From contig JAKLIA010000002.1 in NCBI GenBank assembly GCA_022709865.1, positions 146,183-210,182 of the forward strand: a stretch of 64,000 nucleotides of DNA, given 5' to 3'. The translations under genes and the position numbers were made by a program. Every line of letters begins with the position of its first letter. Within the stretch, counting starts at the first letter, position 1. Source of the DNA: Patescibacteria group bacterium. Lineage in GTDB: Bacteria > Patescibacteriota > Minisyncoccia > Portnoybacterales > GWB1-42-6. The notes beneath the pieces are model-generated. The model worked only from the letters and a program-made list of their open reading frames with translations. It did not search any database and was not told the origin of the DNA. Below, one piece after another: positions 16,070 to 24,692 of this stretch.

Positions 16070-16519
16070 TTAGATCTCAAATCGGATGAACTGTCCGATT
16101 TTAATATTTTCGCCAAGCTTCCCCACTGTATCGCCGATTAAATCCTTAATGGTTTTCTCGGGATTCTTTAGATAAGGCTGGCTAAGAAGCTCTTCTGGAG
16201 TTTGCGCGCCAACGGCCGCGGTTTGCAAGCAAATCTCATGGGCTAACGCTTTAAAGTTCTCGTTGCGCGCCACAAAATCAGTTTCGCAATAGAGAGACAG
16301 CAAAACGCCGATTTTTCCATTAGCATGGATATAGGACTCGATCAAACCGCTATTGGTTTTGCGTTCGGCTTTTTTTTCAGCCATTTCCGCGCCGCGCTTG
16401 GACAAAAACTCTTTGGCTTTTGCTTCATCGCCCGCCGCCTGTTCCAGCGCCTTTTTGCAGTCCATCACCGAAGCGCCACTCTCTTCCCTTAGTTTTTTAA
16501 TTTGTTCTGGTGAGATCAT
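16070..16519 (-). CDS. tsf: Elongation factor Ts (short form)
   Basis: N-terminal UBA-like ISPEQIKKLREESGASVMDCKKALEQAAGD; 149 aa, downstream of rpsB. Confidence 0.8.
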   Translation of the reverse strand: MISPEQIKKLREESGASVMDCKKALEQAAGDEAKAKEFLSKRGAEMAEKKAERKTNSGLIESYIHANGKIGVLLSLYCETDFVARNENFKALAHEICLQTAAVGAQTPEELLSQPYLKNPEKTIKDLIGDTVGKLGENIKIGQFIRFEI

Positions 16520-16576
16520 AATTGATGTTCTTATTATTCAATGAGACCCTTAGCCCAAAAACGAAAAACTGTTAAG

Positions 16577-17323
16577 TTAAGCTTCTTTTGTTTTACTCTC
16601 CGCCACTCTAACTATCGGCTTAACGCTCTTCAAGTTATCGGTAAGCGTTGACATTAATATTTTCAAGGAAGAGGTGGCATCGTCGTTGGCCGGAATTAAA
16701 TAATCTATGCCAACCGGATTCATGTTGGTATCGCAAATTGCGATAACCGGAATATTGCATATTTTGGCTTCGCGCAAAGCGATATTATCCACTTTAACAT
16801 CCGTGATGAAAACGGCTTCCGGCAATTTATTCAATTCCCGAATGCCGGCTAGCTGGCCTTGCAGTTTTTCCATTTTCCGCTGCAGCATCAACCGTTCTTT
16901 TTTAGTGAACTTCTCCCATTGGTCATTCTTCTTTTGCTCTTCCAATTCCTTCAAATATTGAATGCGCTTGGAGATGGTTTTATAGTTTGTTAATGTGCCG
17001 CCCAGCCACCGATTGGCAACAAAAGGCATATTAAGTTCGCTGGCCGAAGAGGTGATCAACGCCTTGGCTGCGGGCTTGGTGCCAACAAACAAGACTTTGC
17101 CGCCATTAGCCATAACGCGGGCCATAAAAACCAGCGCTTCTTCCATTTTTTTCAAAGTTTTTTCTATGTCAAAAACATGGATGCTGTTCCTGGAACCAAA
17201 AATATATGGCGCCATTTTAGGATTCCAGCTGGAGGTTTTATGTCCAAAATGAACTCCCGCCTCAACCAAGGCTTCGGCCGAGGGCAACTTTATCTCGATA
17301 ATACTGCTTTTTTCTTCGGTCAT
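16577..17323 (-). CDS. rpsB: 30S ribosomal protein S2
   Basis: VEAGVHFGHKTSSWNPKMAPYIFGSRNSIHVFDIEKT and rest colinear with uS2. Confidence 0.9.
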   Translation of the reverse strand: MTEEKSSIIEIKLPSAEALVEAGVHFGHKTSSWNPKMAPYIFGSRNSIHVFDIEKTLKKMEEALVFMARVMANGGKVLFVGTKPAAKALITSSASELNMPFVANRWLGGTLTNYKTISKRIQYLKELEEQKKNDQWEKFTKKERLMLQRKMEKLQGQLAGIRELNKLPEAVFITDVKVDNIALREAKICNIPVIAICDTNMNPVGIDYLIPANDDATSSLKILMSTLTDNLKSVKPIVRVAESKTKEA

Positions 17324-17402
17324 ATTTGTTTATATTTAGCCGCCCAAACTGAAAAAAAGAAAGACAACTCTTTCATTGCAGTCAAGCGAATCAATTAAAG
17401 AA

Positions 17403-17431
17403 AGTATAATACAAGATTTGAGAAATTGCAA
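17403..17431 (-). promoter_or_regulatory. Candidate sigma70 promoter for rpsB-tsf (TTGCAA-N17-TATACT)
   Basis: Minus strand TTGCAA 17431..17426, 17-nt spacer, TATACT 17408..17403. Confidence 0.45.
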
Positions 17432-17447
17432 CAGGTTGTTATTGGAT

Positions 17448-17480
17448 AATAAAAAAGGGGCTCGGTTTTTTTACCGAACC
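17448..17480 (-). terminator. Rho-independent terminator after GHKL-ATPase operon
   Basis: Minus strand GGGGTTCGGTAAAAAAACCGAGCCCC followed by TTTTTTA. Confidence 0.6.
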
Positions 17481-17493
17481 CCTCGATTTTTAA

Positions 17494-19194
17494 TCAGGCG
17501 GTTTTTTTACGCGCCTGATATTGTTTTAAAGCAGATCCGGGTTTACGACCCGTGATCTCGTCTCCCTTCAATAACCAAAAAACTAATACCGGCATCTTTT
17601 CATCTGCCAGCCGCCGATGCTGCTCACGCAGATCGTCCGGAGCCATCTCCAGGGTTAAAGCCTCAATGGCAATTGACTCCTGAAAACGCATCAACGCTTT
17701 CTCGTCCGCCTCGCATTTTGCCCAAAGCGGGTGTCGGGTGTTAAAAGTTAAAATACCGGTGCCCCGATTTAAGTCCCAGAGCTTCTCGCTCCCCCGCATT
17801 TCGCCATAAGCGAACTGCAAGCCTAAGCTGTTGCTTTTCACAACAGCTCGCTGCCGACCAATTGGGCCAGCAACGGTTAAAGGCGTATGCCCTTCATGCT
17901 CTTTTTCGGGACTAGACTTAACCGGCCAAACAATATCACCCGATTTTTCTTTTTTTCCGTCCCCTTGGGTAGAAAGAGATTTTTGGGGTTGCAGACCTAT
18001 AATCTTTTTTAAGGGCTCTACGTGACGCACACCAATCGTTCCCTTAGAAAAAGACTTTATAACCTCTTTCAGATGGCTAAACTCCGTCAATTTAAGAAGT
18101 TCTTCTATAACCCGGATTGAACGCAAACCCAATCGCTGATAACGACCGTCTTGAGCCTCTTCTTTTACTTTTTCGGCATAGATAGAACCTATTTTTTTAT
18201 ACCATTCTTCAATGGCGATGCAAAAATCAATTAACGCGTCATCCATTAAAAAATGCTTCCTAGAAGGCGCAATAGAAATCTTTTCTCCGGTAATCTCGCC
18301 TTCAAAAATGCCAGAATTAAGATCCCTGATAGCCTCTGCGCTAAGATAATCTTTTAGCTGACGGCTAAATTGAGAAAAAGCCAACCGAAAAGGATTCCTT
18401 ATCTCACCTATAATTACCTTCCCTTTTCGACCAACGGCTGTTTTTTTGGCTAAATACAGATTAAACTCTGTTTTTCCAGCCACCGGAGATTGGAAGCGTT
18501 CTAACGGAAGCTTTTCTCCGTCGTATTCATTAGCGGCAAACTTGATTTGCTCTTGCTTATTTTCAACGGTAATAATATTTACATGAATAGTCGTTCCTAG
18601 ACGCTTCATAGGAATGTTATACCGCTCCAATATCCCTTCTCTTAACAAACCAGCGTTAACCCTGCTGATAGACTTGTCCTTTGTTAGGCCAATCATTCTT
18701 ATTTGAGTCCGCCACGGTACGCCTCCCTTAGTTTTTCCATTACGGTCAAACCGAAACTCTTTAGCGGCTTCAAGAGGGATTCCGTTTATTTTTTCCTGCT
18801 GCCTGATATTCTCTGTATTGAATATCCACCTCAGGTATCCCGTAGGAGCATCTTTGCAGGCGCTGGTAAATGTATATGTATCACACTTCCCCAACGGAGA
18901 AATATTTCCCATACCAAACTTTCCAAGTTTGGTATCATCTTTTATTGAATGGCAGACCTTCATCAAGGCCTCCTCAAAATCCTTCTTGGCCACACCAACG
19001 CCGTCATCGCTGACAGAACATTTACGGCCAAGGTAATTTACGAAAATAAAAATATTTTGCGCTTTTGCATCAATTGCATTTTGTACTAGTTCCAGAATTG
19101 AGTCATGCAATGTGTGGTAAACGCCTGCTACTCTTAACAATGCTTCTCCCTGATGAAATCCAATTCTGCTCATTTTCTGCGCTAGCTCTTGCAT
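17494..19194 (-). CDS. GHKL-superfamily ATPase (MORC/MutL/Hsp90-like Bergerat fold, HATPase_c_3-like N-domain) with ~350-aa uncharacterised C-terminal region
   Basis: N-box ELVQNAIDAKA and G1-box SDDGVGV in first 70 residues; no HisKA/dimerisation domain; 566 aa. Confidence 0.6.
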   Translation of the reverse strand: MQELAQKMSRIGFHQGEALLRVAGVYHTLHDSILELVQNAIDAKAQNIFIFVNYLGRKCSVSDDGVGVAKKDFEEALMKVCHSIKDDTKLGKFGMGNISPLGKCDTYTFTSACKDAPTGYLRWIFNTENIRQQEKINGIPLEAAKEFRFDRNGKTKGGVPWRTQIRMIGLTKDKSISRVNAGLLREGILERYNIPMKRLGTTIHVNIITVENKQEQIKFAANEYDGEKLPLERFQSPVAGKTEFNLYLAKKTAVGRKGKVIIGEIRNPFRLAFSQFSRQLKDYLSAEAIRDLNSGIFEGEITGEKISIAPSRKHFLMDDALIDFCIAIEEWYKKIGSIYAEKVKEEAQDGRYQRLGLRSIRVIEELLKLTEFSHLKEVIKSFSKGTIGVRHVEPLKKIIGLQPQKSLSTQGDGKKEKSGDIVWPVKSSPEKEHEGHTPLTVAGPIGRQRAVVKSNSLGLQFAYGEMRGSEKLWDLNRGTGILTFNTRHPLWAKCEADEKALMRFQESIAIEALTLEMAPDDLREQHRRLADEKMPVLVFWLLKGDEITGRKPGSALKQYQARKKTA

Positions 19195-19226
19195 TTTTTC
19201 CTCCTTATTCTAGTTTTCAATATTTT

Positions 19227-19997
19227 TTATTTCTTATTCTGACTCTGCTGAAACAGTTCTCTTGTTTTTTCGCTGCACGCCGCATTAAGCAATGTGACAC
19301 AATAATCAAGTTTATTAGAAAGGTCAAAAAGCAACTGACGCCCAGCAAAATCTCTAATTTTTTGCCTTTGAGCCACAGGAACAATTGGCGAAAGAATATA
19401 TTCAAGCCTTGGCAGAAGCAAAAAGATATTGCTTTCCAAAGCCTTTAATAAACTTGTCATCTCTTGTTCAATCGGCCAATTGGGTACTGACTTTATATTT
19501 TCTTTCTTTTCTTCTATTTTTTCTATCTGAACCGATTGATTTTGCAAAGCGTTTGAAGTCTTTGTTAACTCAATTAGCTCACGATGAGTAGCAACAATCT
19601 GCTCCACCTTTAACATCCTCTCTTTGGAAATCCCTCTTTGCCCGTGCAAAACAGAATATAAGCGATTACAGGAATCTACACCAATCGCCTGATAGACCTG
19701 ATTGGCGTCTAAATGCCCAAAGGCAATGAGCCAACCCAGATCCCTTATGGACGGTGAAAGCTTTCCGAGCTCATGAATCTGATACCCTTCTTTCTCAAGA
19801 AGATACCGCAGTTTAATTAAAACAAATCCATGGGGCAAGTATTTATGAGCGAGCCAATCAGAAATCGTTCTCTGGCTAGAACCTAAAAAATCAATAAAAA
19901 ATTTCCTTGAATCCTCAGATTCTTTGCCCTTCTCAGACAATTCAGAAAGGTAATGCCAAAAGCATTCCTTTGTTGTTCCATAAATCCTATTCTTCAT
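19227..19997 (-). CDS. Hypothetical protein with HTH-like segments (middle gene of 3-gene operon)
   Basis: 256 aa; QRTISDWLAHKYLP and GISKERMLKVEQI resemble helix-turn-helix; SD ggagg 8 nt upstream; 33-nt gaps to neighbours. Confidence 0.5.
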   Translation of the reverse strand: MKNRIYGTTKECFWHYLSELSEKGKESEDSRKFFIDFLGSSQRTISDWLAHKYLPHGFVLIKLRYLLEKEGYQIHELGKLSPSIRDLGWLIAFGHLDANQVYQAIGVDSCNRLYSVLHGQRGISKERMLKVEQIVATHRELIELTKTSNALQNQSVQIEKIEEKKENIKSVPNWPIEQEMTSLLKALESNIFLLLPRLEYILSPIVPVAQRQKIRDFAGRQLLFDLSNKLDYCVTLLNAACSEKTRELFQQSQNKK

Positions 19998-20030
19998 CTT
20001 TTTCTCCTCTCTATTTTTTCTTTGCTAATC

Positions 20031-20300
20031 CTAAACTTCAATTTGAATTGGGGCGGCAAACAGTGATCTCCACCCTTTTCTAAAAAGAGTTATCTGTTCC
20101 AAAGTTACAACTTGACCGCAACGCGGCAACGAATTCCCCTGCCAATCTTTCAAAGAAAAAGTAATATGCGTGCCGCTGGCAATTTTCGGCAAGTCACTCC
20201 TTAACACAACTGAACAAAAATCATCACAAACTTTTGTTATTTCTCCGCAAACGAAAACTTTGGGCTCAAAAATATTACTTTTACTCTTATTTTTCTCCAC
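20031..20300 (-). CDS. Hypothetical small protein (first gene of 3-gene operon)
   Basis: 89 aa ORF, SD ggaggtgag upstream, no recognised motif. Confidence 0.45.
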   Translation of the reverse strand: MEKNKSKSNIFEPKVFVCGEITKVCDDFCSVVLRSDLPKIASGTHITFSLKDWQGNSLPRCGQVVTLEQITLFRKGWRSLFAAPIQIEV

Positions 20301-20448
20301 TTTTTCTCACCTCCTTACCTATTCAAATTGTTAAATATCTATCCTTAAAAAGATTAATTATCATATCATATTATTAAAATAATGTCAATAATGTGTCTAC
20401 ACTATTGCTAACGCTCGTTTTTTTGTTTTTTTATATTTTAATTAACCC

Positions 20449-20476
20449 TTGCCAAATCCCTGTTTTATGATAGAAT
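20449..20476 (+). promoter_or_regulatory. Candidate promoter for rpmE-prfA (TTGCCA-N16-TAGAAT)
   Basis: ttgccaaatccctgttttatgatagaat upstream of rpmE start at 20501; shared AT-rich divergent region. Confidence 0.4.
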
Positions 20477-20500
20477 AGCAGAGTAAAAATAAACACTTAT

Positions 20501-20758
20501 ATGAAAAAAGATATCCATCCCCAATATAATCCCGAAATAAAAGCTACTTGCGCTTGTGGCAATTCTTTCATAACCGGCTCAACCAAAGAAGAGCTGAATG
20601 TTGAAATCTGCTCGGCTTGCCATCCGTTCTACACCGGCAAAGAAAAGCTTATCGATACCGCCGGCCGGGTTGACCGCTTCCGCAAAATGCAGACCAAACA
20701 AACCGATATGGCGGCTAAAAAAGGCGTCAAAAAAGAACGGGTAAAGAAACAAAAATAA
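20501..20758 (+). CDS. rpmE: 50S ribosomal protein L31 (with Lys-rich C-terminal tail)
   Basis: [23 protein letters not shown]...[10 protein letters not shown] zinc-ribbon of bL31. Confidence 0.85.
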   Translation: MKKDIHPQYNPEIKATCACGNSFITGSTKEELNVEICSACHPFYTGKEKLIDTAGRVDRFRKMQTKQTDMAAKKGVKKERVKKQK

Positions 20759-20771
20759 AGAGCATCTATCT

Positions 20772-21497
20772 ATGAAAGGCGTTATTCTTGAGATTCGCGC
20801 CGGCGCGGGAGGAGATGAAGCCGGGATTTTCGCGGCTAATCTTTTTCGCATGTATACCAGATACGCCCAATCGCAAGGTTGGGGTTTTTCTGTTATAGAC
20901 GAAAGCCGCAATTCCCTTGGCGGCATAAAAGAAATTGTCGTGGAGATAACGGGAGCTGAGGCTTATGAACAGTTAAAAAATGAAAGCGGCGTGCATCGGG
21001 TCCAGCGCGTGCCCAAAACCGAAAAGAACGGCCGGGTGCATACTTCCACCGCCTCCGTAGCAGTTCTGCCCAAAGTAGAAACCTCTGAAGTTAAAATAAA
21101 TCCCCAAGACCTGCAAATTGACGCCGTGCGCTCTTCGGGACCGGGCGGACAGAACGTTAATAAACGCTCAACAGCCGTGCGGGTAGTGCATATTCCAACT
21201 AATATCACCGTCTTCTCGCAAACCGAGCGCTCCCAATCGCAAAATAAGGAAATCGCTTTGGAAATCCTGCGCGCCAAGCTTTATGAACATTCTCGCGACC
21301 AACAGATGTCCCAACTTTCCGGCGAACGCCGGCAGCAGATCGGCACCGCCGACCGTTCGGAAAAGATCCGCACTTATAACTTCCCGCAGAACCGCATCAC
21401 CGACCATCGCATCGGCAAAAGCTGGCATGATTTGGAATCAATTATTGAAGGGAAACTTGACCCGGTTATAAAAACTTTCCGGAAGCAACAGCAATAA
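20772..21497 (+). CDS. prfA: Peptide chain release factor 1 homologue lacking N-terminal domain 1
   Basis: Starts at domain 2 ([13 protein letters not shown]), PxT-type tripeptide PKT, GGQ motif [24 protein letters not shown]; 241 aa vs ~360 for full RF1; no room upstream (rpmE ends 20758). Confidence 0.75.
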   Translation: MKGVILEIRAGAGGDEAGIFAANLFRMYTRYAQSQGWGFSVIDESRNSLGGIKEIVVEITGAEAYEQLKNESGVHRVQRVPKTEKNGRVHTSTASVAVLPKVETSEVKINPQDLQIDAVRSSGPGGQNVNKRSTAVRVVHIPTNITVFSQTERSQSQNKEIALEILRAKLYEHSRDQQMSQLSGERRQQIGTADRSEKIRTYNFPQNRITDHRIGKSWHDLESIIEGKLDPVIKTFRKQQQ

Positions 21498-21522
21498 TTA
21501 GTTCTTTAAAAAAAGAGCATAG

Positions 21523-21584
21523 CGTCATTCCGAACCTGTTTGCCTATCATATAAAATGGCGGGTAAGCAAGCCCGGAATGACGG
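21523..21584. repeat. Long hairpin: 10-bp perfect inverted repeat CGTCATTCCG / CGGAATGACG with 42-nt interior, downstream of prfA
   Basis: Arms at 21523..21532 and 21575..21584; arm sequence resembles GCGTCATCCTGAG motif at 1303..1293 and 40713. Confidence 0.5.
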
Positions 21585-21606
21585 GATTTATTATTAATCC
21601 AAATCT

Positions 21607-22221
21607 ATGCCAAACCAGCCAAAGTTTTCTATGCCCGGCCCTGATTTTGGCAATAGTCAAAATAACTTCGAATGGCTCAAACGCCATTGGCGCAAATTAA
21701 TTTTTGCCGCAGTTATCGCCCTTATGGCTTTGGGAGCCAATTATTTTTACCAAAGCTATCAAGCTCGCACCGCATTGCTTAAGCCGGTCCTAGACCAGAT
21801 AACCGCTTCGCCCACCGCCACCCCAACAATAAGCAAAGCTGCCATTGTTGGCGTTAATGAAAAAGTTAAAGGAGAAGCTGTCTCTACCCCGATTCCAACC
21901 GCAACGAACAACAGCCAGATAGTCGTCACCGCTGCCAAAGGCAACGGAGCAACGCACCTAGCGCGCCAAGCGCTAAAAGAATATCTGAAAGACAAACCGG
22001 AACTAGCGCAAAAATTAGGAGCTGAGCAGCGAATCTATATTGAAGATTATCTTCGCAAGCACATAACCGGCCAGCCAAAAACTTTAAATGTTGGCGACCA
22101 AATAGCTTTTTCCAACAACACGATCCAAGACGCGATCAATATGGCCTTATCTTTAACTGACGGACAGATCAAGAACCTTAGCCAATACGTTTCCCTTGTT
22201 CCTTCTTTAATGACAGTCTGA
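21607..22221 (+). CDS. Hypothetical membrane-anchored protein
   Basis: 204 aa, one TM (LIFAAVIALMALGANYF), Thr/Pro-rich segment. Confidence 0.45.
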   Translation: MPNQPKFSMPGPDFGNSQNNFEWLKRHWRKLIFAAVIALMALGANYFYQSYQARTALLKPVLDQITASPTATPTISKAAIVGVNEKVKGEAVSTPIPTATNNSQIVVTAAKGNGATHLARQALKEYLKDKPELAQKLGAEQRIYIEDYLRKHITGQPKTLNVGDQIAFSNNTIQDAINMALSLTDGQIKNLSQYVSLVPSLMTV

Positions 22222-22243
22222 AAATAAAAATCAATCCAAACTA

Positions 22244-22274
22244 AAAACCGCCCTGTGACATGGCGGCTTTTTAG
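22244..22274. terminator. Bidirectional terminator between convergent genes
   Basis: aaaaaccgccctgtgacatggcggcttttt. Confidence 0.55.
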
Positions 22275-22281
22275 TTATTTT

Positions 22282-23601
22282 TTATTTGGTGATAACATCA
22301 AGCTGGCTCTGGATAACGCTAGCCGTTTCCATCACCCGGTCGCCATAGAAATAATAAGCTTTATTGTTCCAACGGCTGCCAGCAAAATATATCTGGGCAG
22401 ATTTCCATTCGGCGTTATACGTTTGCGCAGCCGCTCCCGCATTGGTTAATTTAATGCTCGCCGCCACAAAAGCATCTTCAATGCTCCAGGGGTCAGGCGG
22501 ATTGTGGCCGGTTAATTGCGCTATCCTGTCTTGATACTCCAGCCAAACCGACGGTAAAAATTGCGCCGGTCCCATCGCTCCGCCCCAACCATAGGAAGGC
22601 TTGCGGGAAACCGGCATTTTATCCGGGTCTAGATTCAGCTCTTCGCAGATCTGGAGAAAAGCTTTTTGGTCTCTGGTATGCATATCTTTCCGCCAAGTTC
22701 CGGTTCCTACTTTTTGCCCCCAGCTGGATTCGTTTTTCAATACTGCCAGCAAGAAAGCCGGCCTAATGCCCGTTAAGTCAGAAGCTCTTTTGGCATATTG
22801 ATACGCTTTTTCCAGGGTCATTGAAAGCCCTACCCCTTCAAGCAAATAAAGGTTCTGCCTTATGGAAGTCGCATCAGCTTGGGCTTTTTTTATCAAAGTC
22901 TGGTAGTTTGATTCCTGCCCTTTAGTTTGCGCTAATAGTGTCTTTTTTTCTTCCTGCTGGAGAGCTAAAGTGCGCCGCTGGATTTCCTGCAAAACTTTTA
23001 ATTGGTTCAGTTCGTCTCGCCTGTCTTCCAGGGCTGCTTTATCGTTTTCCAGATCTATCCTCAATTGCTTTATCGCGGCCATGCTTTCCTGGATTCCCCG
23101 CTGAACTTCTTGCAAGGAGCTGGCCCGGTCAAAAATATCAGAAAGCTTTTCATTGCTTAAGATCATCTCTAACGTTCCCTGCTGATCAGCCTCATAGACT
23201 GCCTGAACGTATTTGCCTAAAAGCTGCCTTTCTCTTTCTAGCTTCGACTCTGATTCTCCTAAGGCAACATTCTTATCCGAAATCCCGCTTTCAGCTTCCC
23301 TAATATTTAAAGTCGTGCGGCGGATCTCAAGTTCTGCTGCTTTAATTTTGCTGTCTAATAATGAAACTTCTCTTTTTAAAGTATTGCTTTGCTGCTGGAG
23401 GCCGGAAATGCTGGAGCGGTAAGCATCGATCTGCTGCTGGATCTCGTCTATCTGCTGGCGGAGGCTATTTTTTTGGTCTTCGGCGGTTGTAGCCCAAGCA
23501 GTGCCGCCAGCCATAAGAAAAATAACCGAAACAAAAAACCACCCGGACAAAAAATGCCTGATGGTTTTTAAAAATAGGTGGTTGTTAAAATATTTTCCCA
23601 T
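22282..23601 (-). CDS. Coiled-coil protein with C-terminal MltB-like lytic transglycosylase domain
   Basis: C-terminal SWGQ...YGWGGAMGPAQFLPSVW (MltB/SLT_2-like GxMGQxQFMPS motif); long heptad coiled coil; start set at Met (MGKYFNNHL..., TM) because track start 23784 overlaps rplY by 145 nt. Confidence 0.55.
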   Translation of the reverse strand: MGKYFNNHLFLKTIRHFLSGWFFVSVIFLMAGGTAWATTAEDQKNSLRQQIDEIQQQIDAYRSSISGLQQQSNTLKREVSLLDSKIKAAELEIRRTTLNIREAESGISDKNVALGESESKLERERQLLGKYVQAVYEADQQGTLEMILSNEKLSDIFDRASSLQEVQRGIQESMAAIKQLRIDLENDKAALEDRRDELNQLKVLQEIQRRTLALQQEEKKTLLAQTKGQESNYQTLIKKAQADATSIRQNLYLLEGVGLSMTLEKAYQYAKRASDLTGIRPAFLLAVLKNESSWGQKVGTGTWRKDMHTRDQKAFLQICEELNLDPDKMPVSRKPSYGWGGAMGPAQFLPSVWLEYQDRIAQLTGHNPPDPWSIEDAFVAASIKLTNAGAAAQTYNAEWKSAQIYFAGSRWNNKAYYFYGDRVMETASVIQSQLDVITK

Positions 23602-23638
23602 CTGAAAAATGAGATTAAAAAAACTTTTTGGCCAAAAA

Positions 23639-24316
23639 TTATTTGGCCGTTTCTTGAGTCTCTTCCGTGCTGGCAGCAGCCGCCGCTTTTTCTTCTTCGC
23701 CAACAACCTTAACTTCAGCCGCAGCTGTTTCAGCCGGCTTAGCTTCCAGGTCCGCGATTTCCTTATCGGAGCGCGGCGGAGCAACTAAGGCAACTGTTTC
23801 GTCCAAATGAGTCAAAACCTTTACGCTCTTCCCTATGACCAAGTCTTGGATCCTGATCTTGTCTTCAAAAGTTTTCAAAGAAGAGATATCCACCGAGATC
23901 TCTTTCGGCATATCCTGAGGCAAAGCTTCGATTTCTACTTCATGCATAGCGCGCACTAAAATGCCGCCATCGGCCTTGATCGCCTGAGATTCGCCAATAA
24001 AAACGAAAGGAACCTTTGCTTTGATCTTTTCGTCCATTCTCACCTCAAAAAAATCTACATGGATTATTTTGCTATCCAAGGGGCCTCTTTCCATATCGTG
24101 GATAAAAACATTATGGTTTTTCCCATCAACAGATAAAGAAACCAGCGTGGTTTCTCCAGCTTCCTTAAAGATCTTATCAAACTCTTTAGCGCTAACTGTT
24201 ACGGGCACCGGCTTTTTATTATGCCCATATAAAACAGCCGGAATAGATCCGGTTTGCCTTAAACTGTTTACTTTTTTGCCCAGGATAGACCTGGAGTCAG
24301 CTTTTAGCTCCAACAT
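23639..24316 (-). CDS. rplY: 50S ribosomal protein L25 / general stress protein Ctc
   Basis: LELKADSRSILGKKVNSLRQTGSIPAVLYG N-terminus of bL25, acidic C-terminal tail. Confidence 0.8.
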   Translation of the reverse strand: MLELKADSRSILGKKVNSLRQTGSIPAVLYGHNKKPVPVTVSAKEFDKIFKEAGETTLVSLSVDGKNHNVFIHDMERGPLDSKIIHVDFFEVRMDEKIKAKVPFVFIGESQAIKADGGILVRAMHEVEIEALPQDMPKEISVDISSLKTFEDKIRIQDLVIGKSVKVLTHLDETVALVAPPRSDKEIADLEAKPAETAAAEVKVVGEEEKAAAAASTEETQETAK

Positions 24317-24453
24317 GAGAATCAATTAACAATTATCAATAACAGTTAATAGTTTATCACAAATAACAAAAAAAGCAAGCCCCTCACTTGGAAAAGAATG
24401 CGGTTTTACCGCAATTTTTTCCAATTCCTTTCCAAGTGAGGGGCAAGCCCCGC

Positions 24454-24663
24454 CTATTGCACCTTAATGATCTGCACCGGGCAGATTTCCGAGGCCTCTT
24501 TAGCGCAACCAGCTTCTGCCACTTCCAGCTCCATATTCTCCCCCTTCATTTGCCCGCCCTTTATATCCGCCAAGCCATCCTGGCCCATCTCAAAATATTT
24601 AGAGCAAACCGCGGCGCAAGAGCCGCAACCAATGCATTTTTTTCTTTCCTGGGTTATTTTCAT
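24454..24663 (-). CDS. Ferredoxin (small Fe-S protein)
   Basis: CIGCGSCAAVC ... CAKEASEICP cysteine pattern, 69 aa. Confidence 0.6.
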   Translation of the reverse strand: MKITQERKKCIGCGSCAAVCSKYFEMGQDGLADIKGGQMKGENMELEVAEAGCAKEASEICPVQIIKVQ

Positions 24664-24692
24664 AACTTTGCAAATTATATTTTTATAAAAAA

